This document shows positions 18,836 to 27,815 of a DNA stretch of 64,000 nucleotides, one piece after another. How positions within the stretch are numbered: position 1 is the stretch's first letter; each line of letters opens with the position of its first letter. The stretch lies in IMG/VR virus record IMGVR_UViG_3300029998_000021. The stretch is one strand, 5' to 3'. Position numbers and translations under genes: made by a program. The stretch comes from a virus (Duplodnaviria > Heunggongvirae > Uroviricota > Caudoviricetes). Under the pieces are notes generated by a model. That model was not told the origin of the DNA and did not search any database. It was given only the letters and a program-made list of their open reading frames with translations.

Positions 18836-19660
18836 TTAATTGCTCAACGAATCAGCAAAATCATCATTTTCTTTATCAATATTATCATAATAACCTTCTT
18901 TATCAGAGTCAGGAACAACTTCAATTTCTATTGGATCAGGTCTAACATCTTCTGCTCCAGTTTGTTCATCAAATTTATTAACTTTTTTAATCAAATTATC
19001 AAAATCAGCAATTAAAAATTTTTCCATTATTTCTCTATATCTCCTATAAAGAAGTTCTTCAATATTAAAATCTCTTTCTTCCATATAAATATGTGAATCT
19101 GATTGATCTTCGTCAAAGACCTCAATAGGAAAGCCAGTTTCGTTATTATAAAATGGAGTTGCTTTTACTACAACACCATCAGCCTCATCAATAAATTTAA
19201 AAATACCTTCAGATGGTTCATAATCAAATTCAAATTCACCAATTTTTTTATCTTCAAACAATTTTTTAGAAAAATAACTAAGAACGCTTGCTTTATATTG
19301 ATTTTCTACTCTAGAATCTTGAATTTTTTCAACTAAAACAAATTCAGATCCAACTTTAAATTTTTTGAGATTATCAATTTGCTCATTTAACCATTTCATA
19401 TCGAAATTTCTATAAACATTTTGTTTAACTTTTTCTAATGTTAAAATTCTTTCTTTAATTCTAACATCATCAATTAAACCCTTAATTTTTTCAACCAATT
19501 CCTCTTTACCAAAAATATCAATATCAGAATTTATCTTTTTTTCATTTGTTATTTTAAGAGCAATAGAATTGTCTATTAAAGAATAAATTTCATTTCTAAG
19601 AGAATCTTTCATTTCATATTTTGGCTTAACCTCATGTTCTAATGTACTAAATTTTTTCAT
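18836..19660 (-). CDS. hypothetical acidic protein
   Basis: 274-aa ORF; late-promoter box 17 nt upstream. Confidence 0.45.
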   Translation of the reverse strand: MKKFSTLEHEVKPKYEMKDSLRNEIYSLIDNSIALKITNEKKINSDIDIFGKEELVEKIKGLIDDVRIKERILTLEKVKQNVYRNFDMKWLNEQIDNLKKFKVGSEFVLVEKIQDSRVENQYKASVLSYFSKKLFEDKKIGEFEFDYEPSEGIFKFIDEADGVVVKATPFYNNETGFPIEVFDEDQSDSHIYMEERDFNIEELLYRRYREIMEKFLIADFDNLIKKVNKFDEQTGAEDVRPDPIEIEVVPDSDKEGYYDNIDKENDDFADSLSN

Positions 19661-19675
19661 ATTTTTATTTTATTT

Positions 19676-19951
19676 TTATTTATAAGTATAACCTGATCTA
19701 TCATTCCAAACAAGCCCAGATAATTGCAAATAAGTTACATTGCTCATTTCTATTGCTGGATATGTATTTGCTAATGTTGTTCCTGATGTATAAGGGTATT
19801 CATATTTCAAAACACCAGCAACTACACTTTTTCTTTTAATTGACCAAAATGCATCTGTATCCTGTGTACCGGCAGTTGCATAACCATAATATGTTGTTCC
19901 TGATGAAGAATCTCCATCAAAAGGATCTATTCTTTGAAGTTCTAATGCCAT
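19676..19951 (-). CDS. hypothetical protein
   Basis: 91-aa ORF. Confidence 0.4.
   Translation of the reverse strand: MALELQRIDPFDGDSSSGTTYYGYATAGTQDTDAFWSIKRKSVVAGVLKYEYPYTSGTTLANTYPAIEMSNVTYLQLSGLVWNDRSGYTYK
19677..19684 (-). promoter_or_regulatory. TATAAATA late-promoter box
   Basis: Plus TATTTATA; 17 nt upstream of ATG 19660. Confidence 0.3.
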
Positions 19952-20015
19952 AATTTTATTTTTATTTTATCTTATATATAAATTTTTTAAACTCATATTT
20001 AAAATAAAATTACAT

Positions 20016-20050
20016 AAAAAAAAGTTGATATTTACAATATCAACTTTTTT
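20016..20050. terminator. terminator hairpin AAGTTGATA-TTTACAA-TATCAACTT with A/T runs
   Basis: Directly 3' of the tmRNA gene on the minus strand. Confidence 0.55.
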
Positions 20051-20057
20051 AATAGCG

Positions 20058-20424
20058 TGGAACCGGCGGGATTCAAACCCGCGTCCAAAATAGTCTTTCG
20101 GCATCTTCTACAAGTTTAGTTTCATTTTTCTAAATAAAACAAAAATAAATAATTTTTATTTAGGTAATTATTAAATCCTATAACATTTTTATATCAGTAT
20201 AAAATAGTTTACTAAAAAAACTAGTCTGGTTTTCTTGTTTAGGCTACAGAAACTTCATTCTCAACGACAGATCCAACAACTGAAATTGTTGATTTAGAAG
20301 AAACTACGTGCGTATGTACATTGCCATTTATTGTTTGTATCCATTAATTTATTAATCGCTTATTAGATTATGCGATACTTGCTGATAACCTCATTTCACA
20401 ATCCTGTCAAATTCAGTCGATCCC
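20058..20424 (-). ncRNA. ssrA: tmRNA (ssrA), about 367 nt, CCA not encoded
   Basis: 5' GGGAUCGACUGAAUUUGACAGGAUUGUGAAAUGAGG parallels E. coli GGGGCUGAUUCUGGAUUCGACGGGAUUUGCGAAACCC; 3' GGACGCGGGUUUGAAUCCCGCCGGUUCCA versus E. coli GGACGCGGGUUCAACUCCCGCCAGCUCCA; 7-bp acceptor pairing GGGAUCG/CGGUUCC. Confidence 0.75.
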
Positions 20425-20557
20425 ATATTTTCAATGAACATTAATATTACAAAAATTATATTTGATCTGATATACTGCAACCATTAATCTCAAAATGTCC
20501 ATCAGATATTTTTCTTTATATTGAGGTCAGTAATATTAATAAAGTATATAGTAATGT

Positions 20558-21805
20558 TTATTTATGAAGTTTTACTATTTTAAAAGCTTTTTCTAAAATA
20601 GTAATTTCGTCAAAAAGATTATACTTTTTAACAACTCTTGATAAATCAAGAGGCTCGTTCATAGAAGCAATGTGATTTCCAAACCATCTGTTCAATATGT
20701 TTATAGCTGAATTTAAATCACGATCTATAATTATGGTGTCTGATAACTGAACTTTCCGATCTTCCAATTTGATCTTATTATCAAATAATTTTCCAGTTAA
20801 ACAGTTAATTTGTGTTGTCCATTTTTCATCAATTTTTTCTAAGTTTATATTTTTTGCTTGACACTTATAACCAAGAAATTGTAAAAACATTGTAATGTTT
20901 GATTTATGAAATGATTTACGAATTCCTTTTTTATTTTCATTTACTCCTTCTGTAGACATCAATCGTTTAACCGTCAGGTCACCAATTACAATTGTGTTGT
21001 AATTCATATTCACTAATTTTTTGCTTTGAATATGTAAAGCTTGTTTTACTTGTTCGTTCTTCTTATGATAACATTTATTCAATACGTTATTTAACAATAG
21101 ATTCCTATTTGATCCTTTGATAGTTTTACTTCTTTTTTTTTGTATTTTAGCAATTTGTTTTTGATAATAATCATTAATTTTTTTAGATTTATTTTTTAAT
21201 ACTATCATTTCACCATTATTATCAACACCCGTTGCCAATTTTGTTAAGCCTAAATCAATTGCAAGAATTCTGGTTTTAATATTTAAATCATTCTTATATT
21301 CTATTTTATCATCAATAACTAAATCACATAACCATTTATTCCTAATAAATTTAATTCTTATTTCCTTAATATTTAATGATTTTATATCTATTTTTGATTT
21401 ATATTCAAATGGAATTTGATTTATAAAAAATCTATTTTTCTTTATCATCCAACCAGATTGATTAAAAGATATAGTATGAAAATTATTATCCTCTATTTTT
21501 CTTGGCGGTCTAGCATTTTTATCTTTTTTGATTAAATTAAAGAATGATCTATAAGAACCATATAATTCTGTTGCTATAGTTTGTATTGCCTTTGAATTTA
21601 ATTTTTTCCAATCTGTACATTCTTCCTTTAACTGAGGAAGTAAATTATGTAAATCAAAATTATTAAATATAGTTTTGGTTGTATTGTATTTTTCTGTTTG
21701 AATATCAATCAATTTATTCCATATATCTTTACGAATATCAGACAATTTTTGTAATTCAAAAATTTGGTCTTTTTCTGGAAATAATCTTATTTGATATGTT
21801 TTCAT
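20558..21805 (-). CDS. tnpB: TnpB-like nuclease with degenerate zinc finger
   Basis: N-term QIRLFPEKDQ, RuvC motifs AIDLGLTK, VIGDLTVKRL, DRDLNSAINI; CxxC pairs absent (INCLTGK only). Confidence 0.7.
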   Translation of the reverse strand: MKTYQIRLFPEKDQIFELQKLSDIRKDIWNKLIDIQTEKYNTTKTIFNNFDLHNLLPQLKEECTDWKKLNSKAIQTIATELYGSYRSFFNLIKKDKNARPPRKIEDNNFHTISFNQSGWMIKKNRFFINQIPFEYKSKIDIKSLNIKEIRIKFIRNKWLCDLVIDDKIEYKNDLNIKTRILAIDLGLTKLATGVDNNGEMIVLKNKSKKINDYYQKQIAKIQKKRSKTIKGSNRNLLLNNVLNKCYHKKNEQVKQALHIQSKKLVNMNYNTIVIGDLTVKRLMSTEGVNENKKGIRKSFHKSNITMFLQFLGYKCQAKNINLEKIDEKWTTQINCLTGKLFDNKIKLEDRKVQLSDTIIIDRDLNSAINILNRWFGNHIASMNEPLDLSRVVKKYNLFDEITILEKAFKIVKLHK

Positions 21806-21827
21806 TACTATTTTTAGTTTATAACAC

Positions 21828-21857
21828 TATATATAAATAAAATAAAGTCATATTTTT
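21828..21857 (+). repeat. 30-nt motif copy 2
   Basis: Identical to 3709-3738 (reverse complement) and 30437-30466; 23 nt upstream of tnpB-like ATG. Confidence 0.7.
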
Positions 21858-21994
21858 ATATTTCCATAAAAATATCCAAAAAATTAATTTATTGAATTTT
21901 ATTCATTTTTAACTTTATTCAAAATTTCTTTTAATTTTATACATCTATAATTTCTTGAATTTTATTCATTTATAACTATTTCCTATTTTAGATT

Positions 21995-22450
21995 TCATTT
22001 CTTTAAATATAATATAGAATTTTCATAATCTATTATAGCATTTCTAGATAATAAATAATCAGAGCCAATTAATCCAGCAACAACAAAATTATCTTTTTTA
22101 AAATATGGATTTAATTCTTCTAAATCAATACCAAGAAATGGTATATGTAATTCTTTTATATTATAGTCAAATATTATATAAATATTTTGCAAGCCACCAA
22201 TACCAACATATCTTTCTATTGGTTGATTAATATAAGAAAAATTATATTTTTTATATTTATTTATATCTAAAAATGATTTACTAGAACCACTATCAATCAA
22301 AAATAAAGTTGATTTATCATTTAGAGTCAATTTAATAAATAATATATTATTTTGCCTTATTATATTATATTTATCATATTGTGCATAAAAGTTTTTAGAA
22401 CTTACGCAACCAAATAACAACAATACTAATATAATAATAATTTTTTTCAT
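21995..22450 (-). CDS. lipoprotein with retropepsin-like aspartic protease domain
   Basis: Lipobox LLFGC; LFLIDSGSSKSFLD (D-S-G-S active-site-like), GIGG flap-like motif. Confidence 0.45.
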   Translation of the reverse strand: MKKIIIILVLLLFGCVSSKNFYAQYDKYNIIRQNNILFIKLTLNDKSTLFLIDSGSSKSFLDINKYKKYNFSYINQPIERYVGIGGLQNIYIIFDYNIKELHIPFLGIDLEELNPYFKKDNFVVAGLIGSDYLLSRNAIIDYENSILYLKK

Positions 22451-22452
22451 TT

Positions 22453-22824
22453 TTATTCATCAACTCTTGACATTATATCTTTTTCTATTTCTTCTTGTGT
22501 AATATTAGGATATTTCTCCTTTATTGCCAAATATAATCTATCTTTATCATTTTTTAAAGCTTCTATTTTATCATAATATGGTCTAACTATATCTTGTATA
22601 ATTTTAATTTCTTTTTCCAGAACAATCAACTTATTATTAAGCTCTAATGTTTTTCTAATTTCATTTAAATCTGATTTAACTGTTGTCTCCATATCATCTT
22701 TGATTTTTTCAAATATTTTCTTTCTCTCAAAAATAAATGGTTCCTGTTTTAAGATTTCTTTCAAATTTTGAATATAAATCTTTCTTATTCTTACTCCTTC
22801 ATTAATATATTGTTCGGCTATCAT
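22453..22824 (-). CDS. hypothetical coiled-coil protein
   Basis: 123-aa ORF. Confidence 0.4.
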   Translation of the reverse strand: MIAEQYINEGVRIRKIYIQNLKEILKQEPFIFERKKIFEKIKDDMETTVKSDLNEIRKTLELNNKLIVLEKEIKIIQDIVRPYYDKIEALKNDKDRLYLAIKEKYPNITQEEIEKDIMSRVDE

Positions 22825-23189
22825 CCTTCGATTTCTTTTTTTCTTTTTTCAATCATATATTGAATATATTCTTCTTCACCCATTTTATTAATTTTAATAT
22901 CCTCTTCTGATAATGGCATCACATTATGATCACTTTCATATTTAGCCTTATACCAATCATCCATATTAAAATCAATATCTTCAATCTTCTCATTTAAACC
23001 ATATTCATCATATTTAGAAACTAAATATCCAACATCGTAAGGAACGCCAGAAGGTCCTGAAAAATAATCAATTAAAAAGCTAGAAATATCAGAGTAATCA
23101 TCAGATTCTATTGCTCTATCAATATAATAATCAGACAAATATCCAGCCATCTTTGTTATCTTCATTTCATATTCTCTATATTTTCCCAT
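22821..23189 (-). CDS. hypothetical acidic protein
   Basis: 122-aa ORF. Confidence 0.4.
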   Translation of the reverse strand: MGKYREYEMKITKMAGYLSDYYIDRAIESDDYSDISSFLIDYFSGPSGVPYDVGYLVSKYDEYGLNEKIEDIDFNMDDWYKAKYESDHNVMPLSEEDIKINKMGEEEYIQYMIEKRKKEIEG

Positions 23190-23998
23190 TATTCTTCTTC
23201 TTTTTTTTCTTCTTCAACACCCAATTCTTTATTTATTATTCTTTTAAGTTGATTATAAATTTCTTCCTTGAGTTTAGAAGGGTCTTTTAATATTTTATTT
23301 GATATTAAATTTGCATAATATTCAACAGCATCAGCTTCAACATTTTCTTGAACCATTCCAATAAAAGTTGGATTTGGAATATTCTCTTCTATTTCAACAT
23401 TTAATTTTACTGGATAATTATTCTTAAACATCTTAAACATCATTTGAATTGGATCTACTACTGTAGCTGGCTTAGATTTAGGCTTAGAAGATTGTGCCTG
23501 AATTTCAAAAGGATCTTGTGAATTTTCTATTTCACCATTTAAAAGTTTGTCTTCTTCAGCGTCCCAATCTTTTTGTTCTGATGGCATTTGAGCACCTGGC
23601 ATACTTTGTCTCCATTGGGCTATCATAGCATCTTTTTCTTCTCTCGATAAATTAATTTGACCTTCCATTTGAGGTTGTTTTATAACTCCACCTGGTGGTA
23701 ATGAAGTATCAGAAAGAACAACTGGAGCTTGAACAAATTTTACACTAGCACCACCTTGATTTTCATTTACTTTACTACTATCTATATTTCTAATTTGATT
23801 GGCGATATTTAACAATGGATCAGTTGAATAATTAGTATTAAAAAATGTATTTGGATCAACTTCGGCTTGGATATCATAATTTCTTTTAAAAACATCTTTC
23901 TTAATACTAATACTATTATTTAACACATAAAAATCTGCATTTTCATTCATTATTGAAACCTGCTCACCAGTTGCTTTATTTACATAATTATTTGACAT
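23189..23998 (-). CDS. hypothetical protein
   Basis: 269-aa ORF. Confidence 0.45.
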   Translation of the reverse strand: MSNNYVNKATGEQVSIMNENADFYVLNNSISIKKDVFKRNYDIQAEVDPNTFFNTNYSTDPLLNIANQIRNIDSSKVNENQGGASVKFVQAPVVLSDTSLPPGGVIKQPQMEGQINLSREEKDAMIAQWRQSMPGAQMPSEQKDWDAEEDKLLNGEIENSQDPFEIQAQSSKPKSKPATVVDPIQMMFKMFKNNYPVKLNVEIEENIPNPTFIGMVQENVEADAVEYYANLISNKILKDPSKLKEEIYNQLKRIINKELGVEEEKKEEE

Positions 23999-24079
23999 GA
24001 CAAAATTATTATTTTTATGATATATATAATAACGTATAGGTTCTATTTAAAAAGTTTTTTAAAATTTAATATATATAAT

Positions 24080-24415
24080 ATGATAACAAAATTTGAAATA
24101 TTTGAAAGTTCTATATCAGCAAACGGGGTTGGTGGTAAATCTTATCCAGATCATAATACTCCAAAATTTAAAATTGGAGATGAAGTTATGGTTATTTATG
24201 ATTTAAAACAATTTGGATATCCATATGGTATAGTAAAAGGTGATTTAGTTAATATTATAGATTTTTGGATAAATGGCAATGGAAATATTAGTTATACAAT
24301 AGATAGTCCTAAATTACGTGAAATAAAAAAAGGTATAGATATTAGAAATGACGATTTTGATGAATTTAATTTTGAATATGAATGGAAAATAAATGCAAAT
24401 AAATATAATATATGA
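24080..24415 (+). CDS. family variant (MITKFEIFES...NANKYNI); ORF track start 24017 probably too early
   Basis: Identical N-terminus MITKFEIFE in next gene. Confidence 0.5.
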   Translation: MITKFEIFESSISANGVGGKSYPDHNTPKFKIGDEVMVIYDLKQFGYPYGIVKGDLVNIIDFWINGNGNISYTIDSPKLREIKKGIDIRNDDFDEFNFEYEWKINANKYNI

Positions 24416-24843
24416 TAACAAAATTTGAAATATTTGAAAATATTATTTTAGACACATCTGGTTCTATGAATGATTATAAACATACAAAAAATAATAAATA
24501 TAATGAATATTCTTGCAGAGATGAATATTATATTATAATAGATTCTGATATAGTAAATACTAGCACATGGTTAAAAATTGAAAAATCAGAAAAAATTAAA
24601 AATTTTATAGAAAATAATATAGGGCAAATTCACAAACATCTTAGTTGTGGTCTAACAATTTACGATATATACATAAAATATAAAAATATACCAAAAGATA
24701 TTAAATTTTATTTTGAAAATTTCAAAATTGACCTAACCAGCAATCAACGTGAAAATATAAAATATGTTGAATTTGTCTCAAAATATAAAGAAGCTTGCGA
24801 AAAATATTTAATGAATAAAATAAGTACAAAATATAATTTATAA
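24412..24843 (+). CDS. family variant (MITKFEIFEN...ISTKYNL)
   Basis: as above. Confidence 0.55.
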   Translation: MITKFEIFENIILDTSGSMNDYKHTKNNKYNEYSCRDEYYIIIDSDIVNTSTWLKIEKSEKIKNFIENNIGQIHKHLSCGLTIYDIYIKYKNIPKDIKFYFENFKIDLTSNQRENIKYVEFVSKYKEACEKYLMNKISTKYNL

Positions 24844-24860
24844 AATTTATATATAAACAA

Positions 24861-26027
24861 ATGGCAGAGTTAAGGTATACAGAGTTAAAATTCGAAGGAA
24901 AAATTTACAATGAGCAATGGAAAATTGATGAAATTCTAATTAAGAACAAATTCAATTGGATGGTTAATGCTGAAATAAAAAATGCTAGACTTGAAATTTT
25001 TGAAAACACATTAGTCTGGAATGCTGGCATTTGGTACAATGGTTCTTGGTATTTTGGTGTTTGGAGAGATGGTGAATGGAGATATGGAACATGGCAAAAT
25101 GGTGTATGGTATAATGGGGTTTGGAGAGATGGTACATTTAAATCAGGTATTATATATAAAGGTAAATTTTTTAAAGGTAAAATAGAAAGTGGAGAAATTC
25201 GTGGTGGTCAATTTATTGACGTACAAATAGATCCTAAAGTTGTCGAATATACTGATGACGAATATCAAGTAAAAAAAGAAGAAGAAAAAAAACAAACACA
25301 AGTAGCAACTGCAACTGCGGAACCTACTACTGTACCACAAACAAATGTAGTTAAAGTTCATAGTACACAACCACCATCTCAACAACCTGTTGCACAACCA
25401 AAAATACAACAAGAAAAAAAAGAATATAAAAATATGAAAAAAATAAAAACATTTGAATCTTTTTCAAATAATTCAGAATTTGTAGAATTTAAAGTTGGTG
25501 ATATTGTTAGGTTAAAAAAGTTCACTATTACCGGAAGGGACATACCCCGCATAAAAGACGAATGCTTTAGGATAGATAAGATAAATTCAAATTATGATGA
25601 TCATGGTCAAAAAAGTGAAGATAGATTAGATGGAAAATATCATTTAATTCTAATCGGAAATGAAAATGATTCTGTAACTACTTGGAAAAATAGTACAGAT
25701 ATAGAATTAGCACCAGAAATAATACAACAAATGAATAAAAAAGAATATGAAAATAAAAATATGAAAAAAATAAAAACATTCGGAAAATTTGTAGAATCCG
25801 TAGGTGAATATGAAGATAGTTTTGTTAAAGTTAATAGAGATGAAACTGAATTAGAAACATCTGATAGACCAAATTTAGGTAAACTAAAACAAAAACCTGG
25901 CAAAATAGTCATTGAAACACCTAGTAAAACAGATGCTTATAATGCAAAAATGAGATTGGGAGGAGATATTATTCAAGAACCTGGATTTTCTGACAAACAA
26001 ATCCACACAGTTAAAGACACAAAATAA
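24861..26027 (+). CDS. three-module fusion: WxxGxW (MORN-like) repeat domain, T/P/Q linker, then two family-type modules starting at in-frame MKKIKTFE (25434, 25761)
   Basis: Repeats GIWYNGSWYFGVWRDGEWRYGTWQNGVWYNGVWRDG; internal KKEYENKN-MKKIKTF junction resembles KKYNL*-MK with the stop lost. Confidence 0.5.
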   Translation: MAELRYTELKFEGKIYNEQWKIDEILIKNKFNWMVNAEIKNARLEIFENTLVWNAGIWYNGSWYFGVWRDGEWRYGTWQNGVWYNGVWRDGTFKSGIIYKGKFFKGKIESGEIRGGQFIDVQIDPKVVEYTDDEYQVKKEEEKKQTQVATATAEPTTVPQTNVVKVHSTQPPSQQPVAQPKIQQEKKEYKNMKKIKTFESFSNNSEFVEFKVGDIVRLKKFTITGRDIPRIKDECFRIDKINSNYDDHGQKSEDRLDGKYHLILIGNENDSVTTWKNSTDIELAPEIIQQMNKKEYENKNMKKIKTFGKFVESVGEYEDSFVKVNRDETELETSDRPNLGKLKQKPGKIVIETPSKTDAYNAKMRLGGDIIQEPGFSDKQIHTVKDTK

Positions 26028-26028
26028 G

Positions 26029-26580
26029 ATGAAATCTTATATTAATTTTATTAAAGAATCAGCTAATAGTCATGATGATTTTGTTAAAATTTTACAAGAC
26101 ATCATAATAAAAGACGACAAAACTATTAATGGATTTGAGTTTAATGAAGATTCCAGAAGTGGAGCATTTGAATGGTATAATGGGGATTATATTATATATT
26201 CCACACCATATTGGGACGGAAATATGGATTTACCAATTGATATAACTAATAAAAATGGAGATGAAATAGATGAACAATTTTTTGACTTGATAGAATTAAA
26301 AAACGTCAATGATGTTAATTCAATTATTAAATTTTATTATGAAAAAATAGATGAAATAACATATCAATTAAGCAAAAGAACCGAATTAAAAAAAGATTTA
26401 GAATTAATATTAAAAAGTGTCAATTCAATAAATATTGAAGGTTATTTTACTATAGGTAGACACAATAAAGTTTGGTCAAAAATATTAGATCCTCTTCTTG
26501 ATGATGATATTATTGATATATTAAATATAATAAATAAAAAATACTCAGATATTATATTAGCAAATAAATATAATATATAA
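26029..26580 (+). CDS. family-related protein (...LANKYNI)
   Basis: KYNI C-terminus. Confidence 0.45.
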   Translation: MKSYINFIKESANSHDDFVKILQDIIIKDDKTINGFEFNEDSRSGAFEWYNGDYIIYSTPYWDGNMDLPIDITNKNGDEIDEQFFDLIELKNVNDVNSIIKFYYEKIDEITYQLSKRTELKKDLELILKSVNSINIEGYFTIGRHNKVWSKILDPLLDDDIIDILNIINKKYSDIILANKYNI

Positions 26581-26596
26581 AAAGTAAACCCATAAT

Positions 26597-26604
26597 TATA
26601 AATA
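26597..26604 (+). promoter_or_regulatory. TATAAATA late-promoter box
   Basis: 25 nt upstream of ATG 26629. Confidence 0.3.
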
Positions 26605-26628
26605 TATAATATAAAATTATTTATAATT

Positions 26629-26946
26629 ATGGATTTTGTTTATCTATTAGAAAACACAAATGAATCAAACACAGTATATAAAATTGGTTTCACCAAAAAA
26701 ACAATACGAAGTAGAATACGTCCATTACAAACTGGAAATGCTTACGAAATAACAGAATTATATAAATTTCCAACAAAATATAACCGCCGTCTTGAGACAT
26801 CCCTTCATCGTCACTATAAAATAGATAGAATGAATGGAGAATGGTTCAAATTATCAGAAACTGATGTTGAAAATTTTCTTGCAATTTGTGAAAGATTAGA
26901 AAAAGGATTTGATGCTTTAAAAGATAATCCATTTTTTAAATATTAA
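26629..26946 (+). CDS. T5orf172/GIY-YIG-like domain protein
   Basis: YVYLLEN...YKIGFTKKTIRSRIRPLQTGNAYE...LHRHY...GEWFKL pattern. Confidence 0.55.
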   Translation: MDFVYLLENTNESNTVYKIGFTKKTIRSRIRPLQTGNAYEITELYKFPTKYNRRLETSLHRHYKIDRMNGEWFKLSETDVENFLAICERLEKGFDALKDNPFFKY

Positions 26947-26963
26947 ATAGAAATTGTATTTTT

Positions 26964-27335
26964 TTATTTGGAACAACTATCAATATAATTCTGCAAATCT
27001 TTCAATATTTCTTTATCTATTTCTTTTGCCATTTCTTCACTAAGTTTACAGGTAAAAAGTTCTCCAATATCAGCAGTTGTTGAATTATCAATTATTTTTT
27101 GAATTATTTCATATATTACATCCTGATTAATTTTAAAGAGTTTTATTTTTCTCATTATTTTAATATTTATTGAATAATATATTTTATTAGTGCCAATATA
27201 TTCTACATTAAAATATCTTTCAATAATTTTTTTGTCATTAGCATCTTTAAATTTATATTCAAAAATACTATTAGATACAAAATATTTCAAATCTTCCGCC
27301 ATTTGCCTTGTCCAAATTGATTTCAATACTCTCAC
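26964..27335 (-). CDS. hypothetical protein
   Basis: 123-aa ORF, overlaps dut by 4 nt. Confidence 0.4.
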   Translation of the reverse strand: MRVLKSIWTRQMAEDLKYFVSNSIFEYKFKDANDKKIIERYFNVEYIGTNKIYYSINIKIMRKIKLFKINQDVIYEIIQKIIDNSTTADIGELFTCKLSEEMAKEIDKEILKDLQNYIDSCSK

Positions 27336-27769
27336 TTAACTCCTGTATGTCCAAAACCACCCAATCTATCAGTTTTTTCCAAATCTTCAACTATATCCCA
27401 TTCACACGTCTCATATTTATTAATTACCATCTGAGCAATTCTATCACCATTATTTATCATAAATGTTTTAAGAGACAAATTAACTAGCAACACACAAACT
27501 TCCAAACGATAATCCGAATCAATTGTACCTGGAGTATTTATAACAGTAACACCATTTTTAATGGCAAGTCCACTTCTTGGTCTTACTTGCACTTCATATC
27601 CTTCTGGCAATTGAATATAAATCCCAGTGTGTATCATTATTCTTTCCATAGGATCTAATTCTATTTCTTTACCATTCTCAATATATGCTCTTATATCCAT
27701 TCCCGCTGAGCCTGAAGTAGCATATTCCGGCAATTCATTATTTGATTTATTTACAATTTTAACTTTCAT
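27332..27769 (-). CDS. dut: dUTP diphosphatase (trimeric dUTPase)
   Basis: All five motifs: YATSGSAGMDIRA, RPRSGLA, GTIDSDYRLEVCV, GDRIAQMV, RLGGFGHTG. Confidence 0.92.
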   Translation of the reverse strand: MKVKIVNKSNNELPEYATSGSAGMDIRAYIENGKEIELDPMERIMIHTGIYIQLPEGYEVQVRPRSGLAIKNGVTVINTPGTIDSDYRLEVCVLLVNLSLKTFMINNGDRIAQMVINKYETCEWDIVEDLEKTDRLGGFGHTGVK

Positions 27770-27815
27770 ATTTTTCTTTTATTTTTTTTAATTTTATTTC
27801 TATAATCTCCAACTT

